Shown here: positions 24,201-33,563 of the stretch, piece after piece
How positions within the stretch are numbered: the first letter of the stretch is position 1
Layout: every line of letters starts with the position of its first letter
DNA from: Tubulanus polymorphus
Lineage: Eukaryota > Animalia > Nemertea
DNA: 64,000 nt
Assembly (NCBI RefSeq): GCF_964204645.1
Contig: NC_134030.1
Location: forward strand, 14,074,110-14,138,109
Direction: 5' to 3'
Notes under the pieces: generated by a model
Databases searched by the model: none
Told to the model about the DNA's origin: nothing
What the model saw: the letters and a program-made list of their open reading frames with translations, nothing else
Made by a program: the position numbers and the translations under genes

Positions 24201-25700
24201 CAAAATCCCCATAAATTACAAATGGAACAATATTCTTAAATTTATGATTAGTAAATTTCAATTTATAATCTTTTTCTGTTGGCATTATTAATTTACAAAA
24301 ATCTTTATTATCACATAATTCTTTATGTTTTAGTAATGTATTCTCAGTCATAAATTTAGATAAACATTTTCTACATAGATAAATTTTACGATGATGATCA
24401 CTTTCTGTTCTAAAGAATAAATCAATTTGTTTTAACCACATATAATGTTCATTTTCATCTTTTTTGTAATATAACAAATCTATAGCATTTTCATCATCAT
24501 AATATTCTGTTAAATATAAAGCTTTCAATGTATAATCTTTAATATTTTCACCTTTTGTCTTTGGTAATTGCATTAATTCGAATACATTTATTTTTAAATT
24601 ATTAACTTTTTCTATTTTAAAAATCATTTTTATAGTTACTGGATATTGATCAATTTTATATAATGTTTCATATTTCCGGTAATTTGTTATTCTAAAACTA
24701 TGTGTAATATCTTCTGTTGGATGTAAGCAACTAATAATTGCCCACAGAAAACATTTATAATCTTCATTTTGAACATTTATTACTGCTTTTGTTGTAAATG
24801 GTAATTTAATATAAGATGATCCTTTAATATCCTCCTTTTCTGTTGTAAAGTTTGAATCATTTTAAAACATTTTATTACTTTTTGATGTTTTATTTCTTTT
24901 TGTATTATAAACATTTAAATCTAAAAATATAATTTCATTTAATGATAAACCAGAACCCTCAAAATATCTTTCTTCAATATGACGTTTAAATTCATTAAAT
25001 ATTTTTTCTAACTTCTCTTTTATTTGCGTTTTTGAAATTATTTCTTCAGAGAGTGTTTGAATATTATAATCCATTTTCTCTTCTGACTTTAAAAAACTTA
25101 CTTTCCCAGAGATACTAATTTTTGGATATTCAACATCTGTTATCAAATCTAGTATTTTTCTCTTATTTCATTAAATTTACTATAATCTTCTATTGTTGTA
25201 CCTTTAAAAAATCTAAATGTAATAGCTGCAGGACCAATTTTATTACGTAATGTTTCTAATATTTCAATTGTATCTTTTATTTCTAGTGAATCAATATAAT
25301 TTCTAACATTTTCCATGTAAGGTTTATTTGAAATGGATTTAGTTTTTGAAGTTGGTTTTTTTACTTGTTGAGGTTTATCATCAAAATAATATTTTCCTAA
25401 AACATTATTACTCAAATTTTGATGGTGTTTTTGTGATTCGAGATGTCTATTATAATTCCTTTTTGTTATAAATTCATTACAAACTTCACATTTTATTTCA
25501 TCCACATTCATATTTTCTAATCGTTCTTTTCTTTCATTGGAATTTTCTGAAGTTTCAAAATCTATAACATTTTTTATATGATTTGCTGTTTTTTCATGTC
25601 GTGATTTTTGGGATTTATCAATGTATTTTTTACAATATTGGCAATAATATTGATTTTTATTAACATTATTGTTTTCTGGCTGGTGTTCATTCTCCCCCAT
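21282..25700 (-). pseudogene. polB: Protein-primed family B DNA polymerase (pPolB), intein-interrupted, with many lesions and an internal deletion
   Basis: In order: two Zn fingers; GSSYIKLP...VINVQNEDYKCFLWAI (OTU-like); ExoI VIYGDFES; endonuclease VII CCYC..VRDHNH..YRGAAHEDCN; ExoII HNLSGYD; FLDSYRFL; ExoIII YLK/SDV; IRGG; motif A YIDAKSLYGWAM; motif B KLMNNSFYGKT; motif C YFD|; C-terminal KTSLNPFDDKR..TLPYGY. In-frame stops at 24862, 23563, ~23020 and 22003; frameshifts near 25148, 23207 and 22990. Confidence 0.95.
21490..22152 (-). mobile_element. Intein (HINT N-region plus first LAGLIDADG motif) at the Pol-c site of pPolB; C-terminal half deleted
   Basis: Starts SVTADTPILLK immediately after YFD; V*TRNGWKKLKNIIRHKTNKKIYRV; block B VDVTEDHNL; LAGLIDADG helix FIKGFFMGDGS. 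It stays in frame across the TGA at 22003. Confidence 0.92.
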
Positions 25701-25719
25701 TTATTAGGAAAAAAAATTA
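25698..25719 (-). promoter_or_regulatory. Shared viral promoter-like cassette TAA-T8-CCTAA-TAAATG (polB)
   Basis: Precedes the polB ATG at 25700; no upstream ORF. Confidence 0.75.
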
Positions 25720-25723
25720 CTTG

Positions 25724-25794
25724 TGGTGATGAGTGGTGTCTCGACCGCACGACCTCTGGTATGAAACCCACATCTTCCTATTACTAAGACCACC
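25724..25794 (-). tRNA. Degenerate tRNA-like sequence resembling initiator tRNA-Met
   Basis: 71 nt GGTGGTCTTAGTAATAGGAAGATGTGGGTTTCATACCAGAGGTCGTGCGGTCGAGACACCACTCATCACCA; ends pair 6/7; B-box-like GGTCGAGAC; T8 run follows. The D, anticodon and T stems pair poorly. Confidence 0.35.
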
Positions 25795-25886
25795 TAGTGT
25801 TAATTCACACACAGCACTGAATTGACTGCTGTCCATTGTCACATTCAGAATAACCATCGTTAATAAAAAAAAAAACAAGTAGCCTC

Positions 25887-26480
25887 AGCGACGGAGATCA
25901 CTGGTGGAGACAACCACTGCCAGTGCTGGGTGAAATGGTATTGTTGTCGATTGACGACCGTTCCTTTGAGCAGGGTAGATTTTGATGGTGCTGTAACGGA
26001 GACATACTGCCTTGTATGTCGATATCTTCGAGGTCACACGCAGTACAGGTTCTCGCAGAAGCGTGACCTCATAGTTTTGGTCGAGTTTCTTTCTTCTATT
26101 GATGTAAAAATCGACTTTTAAGAGGTCCATAGAACGTAAATCGAGACACTCTGGAGGCGGCCATGTTACATTGCTCACGTGATGAAATACTGAAATCTGA
26201 TTGGATCCGTATATTCCGCGGAAGATGGCGGACGGTTTAAACCTGTCCTATTTAAACTGGTCGCCTGTCCAATTCTGCGCCACCTGCATTCGCAGTCAGA
26301 ATAGGACAGGAGCGACAACCTGTACTACGTGTGGCCTCGATGATATCGACATACAAGGCAGTATGTCTCCGTTACAGCACCATCAAAATCTATCCTGCTC
26401 AAAGGAACGGTCGTCAATCGACAACAATACCGTTCACCCAGCACTGGCAGTGGTTGTCTCCACCAGTGATCTCCGTCGCT
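25887..26480. repeat. Inverted repeat, ~170-bp arms (25887-26056 and 26312-26480) with ~255-bp spacer
   Basis: AGCGACGGAGATCACTGGTGG...GATATC...CAGGTTCTCGC is reverse-complementary, with few mismatches, to GCGACAACCTG...GATCTCCGTCGCT. Confidence 0.9.
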
Positions 26481-28108
26481 CTACGATCCTAGTGTAACCA
26501 TCTGTGGCACGACACTAAGATTCTCAGTGAACAATACCGACGAACTTGAGATAATTTCTACTCACTGACTTACTGAACTGAACCAGCCATGCAGCAGAGG
26601 CCACGACACCGGCAATTTGTTTGTTCACTTAAGATGACTGATTGATTATGCTGAATGTGACACTAGATATTAGCAGTCAATTCAGTGTGGTGAAAATATT
26701 AGCTTATACGACGGGTAACTTCACTTACTTCACTTCAATGTCTTTTAAAACTTGTGAACAGTAAATGAATACTTATTTACAAATATTCTGTTGATTGTCT
26801 ATTGTAGGTCATTGTGTGTGTTCTGATGTTGATTTTCTGAGATACAACTCAGGTTTTCTTAAGAATTAGAAGTTATACGTATTAAATTGAATGAGCTCAA
26901 CATACACATGAATTGTTGTTGTATCATGGTAATTTTGAAAAACGGATGAAACACGAATTGAAAAGTCAATCCAGGTTTAATTGTTAGTGTATGCATATCA
27001 GTTTAATTTCAGAAATTAACCTCAATCACGAATCAAAGAGATTAACGAATCCAGCACTAATCATCATGAAATTAGATTCCAAACAACAATTGTGGTGAAA
27101 ATCCTAGATTCTGATACAGTAATGAGTTTTAAAGAGCTGGAATTTATTAATCCCACGAGCGAGCATGCAATACGAATTGAGATTGGATTTAGGCCTACTT
27201 TCTGGTCAAGACTTGGTCTTTGTGATTCGAGTTAAGTTAGAGATATCAGTGTCATTCTGTTGTCACACAATTTGCCATGTCACAAAATACATATGTCACC
27301 GTCTTGTCAGGCAGTCTGTATATTGAATAAGATTTTGTACTAGAAAGTGGACAATAAATATAGAATTGCCAGTAAAAAAGAGTTTTTGTGATGGATTTTA
27401 CTCAATTTCTAGCAAAAATCATGTATGGTCCATGGGGAGAGGAAAATATTGCAAGTTAATCTGATCACTGGTCTATCCCAACTTGCTGTCTGTATCATCA
27501 GGAATATATGTAGAGATGCCGCGTTGGATCCAAATATCTGATATAAAAAAACTGACAAGGAGTTCAACTGTTGTAAACTTTATTCAGACTTTAGTCATTT
27601 TCACATCATCAGAAACACAACAATTGAGTGAATATATTTTACATATCAGCCAAGTTCCCTCAGAATGACTATCACAGCTGATCCCTTTTTCTTACCTACA
27701 AAATTAATAAGTATCAATATCAGCGGATTAATTCGATACTCACAGCAATTAATGCCTTTTCTTCGGTCTTTAAATTTACGTTTGTTTGCCGATTACATTT
27801 ATGATTCATAGATTATCAGTTGATTTACTGTAATCAATCATTCCAGTGCGATTTTGATATTACTCTTAGTTTCGCTTATTCGATGAGACGCCATTTTAAC
27901 CCGGAAGTAACTCGATACTGACATGTTTGACATGCATCGAAAATGTAAAATGGATGATGGGATCAACCCGGTCTCTAACTGAAGGTTCACCAAGAGTCTT
28001 AGTGTCTGATGTACCAGGATCGTAGAGCGACGGAGATCACTGGTGGAGACAACCACTGCCAGTGCTGGGTGAAACTGAAGGTAGAGACCGGCAACCAGTC
28101 TATGTCCT

Positions 28109-29262
28109 CACAGGGGCTCGTTACGATAGCTGGGGGTCCAAAATCAAAGATTTGACCCAGTATCCTAGGTACCACCTATAAAAAAAGAAAAGGGAGCTAA
28201 CATTTTGACATACTAGAATTGACCTTCTCATTTCAATCGCTCATAACTTCGTAACTCATCGACCGATTCGCTCGAAATTGGTTTCGTTTCATTCCTAAGA
28301 GGTTACTTTTTTTTGAGACCTTCCGCGACAAAATCGGATACGAGACACCCGAGAAATCACGACTCAAATCCGAAAAAACGAGTCAAAATAGCCAAAGCCG
28401 GAATTACTAGGACGTCTCGGAGTAGTCGATTCCCGACGAAAAACGATGAGTTGACGCGGTTCCCGGACGTTAATCTTCACATATCATACATCGCTGGAAA
28501 GCTTATGAACTGACCTTATTGAAAAATGCGTTTATTTGATAATCCGTTCCGAAACCGGCGACAAGCGAGGTGATAATACGCACCGAACCGATAAATACGC
28601 ACTTAAAGCGTCACTGAACCGCCATTGAGGGTGTGACGTCACGGGCTCTGAGGACTGATAAATTCGCGATACGTGATTGGTCGACTGAATATGTTAATTA
28701 TCTAGCGTTGCATGCTGGGATTTCTCATGACGTCACGCAGTTAATGGCGGCCGGAATACACTTGGAAATCGTATTTATCGCATCAATCTGGATTATCAGC
28801 TCGCCAGTCGCGGGTATCGGAACGGATTATCAAATAAACGCGTCTGTCAATAAGGTCAGTTCATAAGCTTTCCAGCGATGTATGATATGTGAAGATTAAC
28901 GTCCGGGAACCGCGTCAAATCATCATTTTTCGTCGGGAATTGAGCACTTCAAGCCGTCCTAGTAATTCCGGCTCTGGATATTTTGACCCGTTTTTTCGGA
29001 TTTGAGTCGTGATTTCTCGGGCGTCTCCGGTCCGATTTCATCGGGGAAGGTCTCAAACGAAAAAGTCACCTCTTGGGAATGAAACGAATCTAATTTCGTG
29101 TAAATCGGTCGATCGGTTACGAAGTTATGAGGGGTTGAAATGAGAAGGTCAATTCTTGTATGTCAAAATGTTAGCTCCCTTTTCTTTTTTTATAGGTGGT
29201 ACCTAGGATACTGGGTCAAATCTTTGATTTTGGACCCCCAGCTATCGTAACGAGCCCCTGTG
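28109..29262. mobile_element. Non-autonomous foldback DNA transposon (1154 bp, almost wholly palindromic), 8-bp TSD TATGTCCT; P or hAT superfamily
   Basis: Ends CACAGGGGCTCGTTACGATAGC...GCTATCGTAACGAGCCCCTGTG; TSD at 28101-28108 and 29263-29270; arms pair for about 500 bp. Confidence 0.92.
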
Positions 29263-31932
29263 TATGTCCTATTCTGACTGCGAATGCAGGTGGCGCAGAA
29301 TTGGACAGGCGACCAGTCTAATATTTCGGCGGTTTCTCTCGTAAAATATTATTACCAACTTCCGTCGTGTGAGATATAACATCGACCAGGAACGGCGATT
29401 GAAACAAAATGGCGACGTTTAAGATAGGTATAAAATAGCTAAAATTTGCTACAATTAACGTAGAAAAGGTGATTATCTGTGCATTCAATCAATAACTTCC
29501 AGTCTTTCTTGAAGTAGGATTATATGTGATGGATGATATGGAGGTGACGGACTCCTTATCAGCAATGATTCGTTTTGCATTAATTCAAGTTGTAGATAGA
29601 TAGATTGTAGTAGAAATAGAATAGGCCTACATTACAATACAACGCAATCGCCACCAGTCCACAGGGGTTTGCGATGGGCTTGGATTTTATTTCCGGGTTG
29701 TTGATAATCTCGCAAGAATGGCACTAAATATGAACTGCAAATAAATTATAATTTTAAAATACCTTATAAATTCAAAATACCTTGTTTTTATAATGTTTAT
29801 TTATCCGCTATAGGCCTAAATAAAGTTCCGATAAACAATTGGTCCTTAAGGATCATTATCAGACGGTCGATATGGCCTAATTAGCGTATTTTAGTGTCGA
29901 CACCTCTAAACTGTAACTTAATTGTTCGATGTTAGGGTTTTCAAGTGAAAATTTTCCAAACACTATACAAACAATTTAAAAGGCCTAGATGAAAGAAGGG
30001 TTTAATATAATATCATAGCAATTGAGCTATAAATTGGATCCGTTTTCCGTTTTCTATCTGCGCGAAGTAGTTACACGATCGCGTAATGACGTCTTGCGCA
30101 AGTTGTTACTTCGTGCAGAATAAACCTGCAGGTGCGCGATCGCGTATTGATGTACTGTACCGCGCGAGTTCTTCACGCAGAATGAACCGCGCGAGTAGTG
30201 ATGAACAGATTTGACTTTATTCAATTAATTATGCAGCGAACTGTTAAAACATCAATAGGCCTATTAATAAAGATAAGATTTCCACTAGGCCTATTTGGAT
30301 TTGTCAAGAAGCGATATTTAATAGAAACGTTGTTATTTGTAAATTATCGCTATAAAGATTTAATGGTTTTGATTTTATATGCCTAAAGACGATGATTGAT
30401 TACATCGATGTAGTGTATCAAACTTGTAACTTGTAGTGTATCAAAATAGTGATATGGTACGTGAAAACTAGCTTATTTACCTTTATCTGTTTATTAATCC
30501 TAATGTCATGAAATAATCCTGGTCTTGTTATATGATTATATTAGTGTATTCCGACATGTGCCCAAGACGATGTCCTAACGTAAACTGACCCGTTCCGTTA
30601 GTCGTCGTGCTGCGACCGATTTTTATCTCGGAACGCCGCACACCTCGTTAAAAAATCTAAAAATATAAACCATTTTTATTTGATCAAGCAAAAGATCCAA
30701 AACGAAACTACATCTCCTAAACGTCTTAACAAATAAATATATCTAGGACACTTATACTAATATAACGTTACTTAGGCCTACTGTGCCAATCGTATGCTGA
30801 CTGACAAATTCCGCAGACGACTTCGGACCACGTACACCCTGCCTTGTTCAGTCTAAAATCCGATCAAGGGTTCTTGAATGGCAGGTCTGCAGGCCACTAT
30901 GGCACTCTTTTGGATTCATCGCCCCAGCCCGGACAGTTTGAATGAAATATCAGCGTGGCACAGATCGATCTAACTTCGTTACTATACAGATCACGGATCT
31001 CCATTTTTTCTTTTCGTGAAAATAACTCACTCACTTTCGGCAAATCTCCGTTAGTTTCCTTTGCCGTACCTGCTGGTGCCGAAGGCACGTGCTCCACAAA
31101 TTTCTGCCGAATGTCATTCGTTGCACCTTCTGTTACCTTTGTGGAAAGTGTGAGGGATTCCAGTTTGTTTTTGTTATGTTGGTTCTTTCCTTCCTCTAAT
31201 CCGCAAAGAATAACCGCATATCCCGATTTCTTCGAAGATTTCTCAGCATACTTCGTTGCCATATGCCACATGTCGTAAATTTGCTGTCATTTTGTTTGAG
31301 TCCGTAACCATGTCATTGGTCGTTGAGCGTTGGTCGTTTTCCGTTGTAAGTGATGTTAAGTGTTAAAAGAATCAAATAATACCGTTTTATGTGCTGAGAA
31401 ATTGCATATTTTTATATGGTTCTTCTATCATTGTCTTCAGAATTTCTAGACCAATTATTTTACATAAGTCTTCTAAACACGATAATTATGAAGAAATTAG
31501 GGTTCCTGGTACGGTTGGCAAACATTGTGCTGGTGTTTTAAAATAAATGGGCGAATGGGATTACTTATTATGCACATGTCACAATTTCTGCTTCGTTTTA
31601 CATTTTGGCTACTTATTGTAAGAAAATTACTCCCATTTGAATCTAATTCTAAAGAATTAGGTACCGATTATAATGATTTCATTGTTCATTACCTCAGGAG
31701 CCAACACTGGACGGGTACTTCAGAGTTTAAAAATGCATTAACATAGTAGTTTATACTAGACTTAAAATTAGTTAACGGCAGAAATTCATAATAAATGAGT
31801 ATATTCATAGTAATCAAGTTATAGCCAATCAGGCGTATTCCATCCGACTGCCAGGTGCCTTCAGAAAGTAACTTTTTTATTGACCAAAAAGAAAATCTTA
31901 ATTGATTAATGCAAATGATAGATTTCAAATAT

Positions 31933-32051
<119 letters not shown>

Positions 32052-32379
32052 GCAGGAAGGAGATCGAATTTATGGCAAAAAATTAGGGCTTCCATCTCAT
32101 GCCGGGTAATTAAGTAAATTCCAAACAGAAATGCTGGCCAACTCATTTTCTTAGCTGTCGGGTTTAAAAATTACTTGTTTGTAGAATTATTTGAATACTT
32201 CATGAATAGGTGCCCGCGTAAAATTAACTTGGGGAAAAATGAGAAGGTATCATTTTTGTCTTATATCCCGCAATAAATGAATCTAAAAACTAAAAAATGC
32301 TAACTACAGACCACGAAAAGAGATTTTTCTTTTTAATCTGTGGGTGTTCAACGTTAAGGTTTAACGTGTTATTTTAATA

Positions 32380-33563
32380 TTTTTTGACGCCTTATAAAAC
32401 GTTACCATTATGAAACCTAAACAATGTTAACCATTCAGCGTCATTTTACAAACGACAGCCGTAAATCGATGTGCAAAACGTCACAGGTCTATGTGTACAC
32501 AAATAAGCTATCTGGCAAAATATTATTGACATGGATGTAGAATGGCTTCCTGTGATTATATAATGACCTTTATTTGAACGTCGAAATGTTATATTGCATG
32601 GAATATCATTAGAAGACGTATTGTAATAGTAAAGGATGTATGATTATATCAGAAGTGGCAGGCATAAATAGAAATGATAAGTAAATCGGATTATTCGGAT
32701 AAATGGCGGATGTATACACGATTTGGAAGTCTGATATAAAAGTCAGACCCTGACGTGGGCATGCCGGTGGAATGACGAAGCTATCTACGATGTGTGTAGG
32801 GCCGGCGTGAATTTCATCAGCGGCTACAAGCGGTCAATATGAAAATGTGTAAACATATAATTTCAATATTCAAACGTTTTAGAAAATAGGCTATGTTTGA
32901 TATTAGGAGTATGCAGGTTTCGTGAGATTAGCAATTTATAATAGCATAGCTATCATATACGGCTCCGCGTCCTCTGATGGCATGTGTATTAGGTGACAAT
33001 TCAATTCAATTCTTTATTGATCCTTATTACATTGAAATTTCGGGATAAAATTCCCAAATTCAATAAATACAAATTTTAAAATAAATTAATACAACATACA
33101 TGACACACGGGTAATTCATACAGAACAACATAAGCATGTTATTTTAAATGACAATGTCTACTTCAACCCACCCAGACTCAAGACTCTAGGATATCGAGTG
33201 ACAGCCAAACCTGTGGGCCGGCTGGCTAGGCCACACGATATGCTCGAAGTCATGATGAAGCAGACATCAGAAGAGCTCTTTCTTCATCCATGGAGGCAAT
33301 GAAGTTGCAGACCAGCTTAGAGGCATAAGTAAATGAAGTCGGTCGCAAGTTCGCGATCAATTATTGAGAATTTTCAATAAAAAAATTTAAACCACTACTA
33401 GAGTCGAAGACCCGCTGTATCATCTACCCAATCGCCAAATCTCATCATTCCCCAAATTTCTTAAAACTTCGATTTCAAATTTGCAATTCCACATTAGCTT
33501 AGCCCAGAAATTATACATTTTTTTGCAGGCGTCAAATAATTTTCTAAAATTAATTTTCTTGTT
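32380..33563 (+). mobile_element. ~1.2-kb non-autonomous Helentron-like element, copy 1
   Basis: Begins TTTTTGACGCC; subterminal GGCGTCAAA; ends TTTTCTTGTT; similar copies at 39555 and 57793. Confidence 0.75.

Larger units (their letters stand above)
15702..25800 (-). mobile_element. Degraded endogenous Polinton/Maverick (adintovirus)-like virus, left-truncated; no MCP, ATPase or integrase within the window
   Basis: Sharp switch to very AT-rich, intronless, densely packed ORFs; protein-primed PolB and penton-like gene; shared intergenic motif; many stops and frameshifts. The right boundary is approximate. Confidence 0.9.

Noticed and set aside
21282-25700. Alternative genetic code or programmed read-through explaining the polB stops
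   Set aside because: The stops are of mixed types, accompanied by several frameshifts and a deletion, and TAA also ends genes normally. Ordinary decay explains them.
28005-28100. Possible hammerhead ribozyme (CTGATG...GAAACTG...CAGTC)
   Set aside because: The core reads CTGATGT rather than CTGANGA, stem I cannot form, and the motif is not conserved in the related copies.
28109-29262. RAG/Transib-like transposon because of the CACAG terminus
   Set aside because: The TSD is 8 bp rather than 5 bp, and there is no CACAGTG heptamer with nonamer arrangement.
30897-31271. 124-aa ORF as a host gene exon
   Set aside because: No recognisable domain or partner exons; not supportable without a database search.
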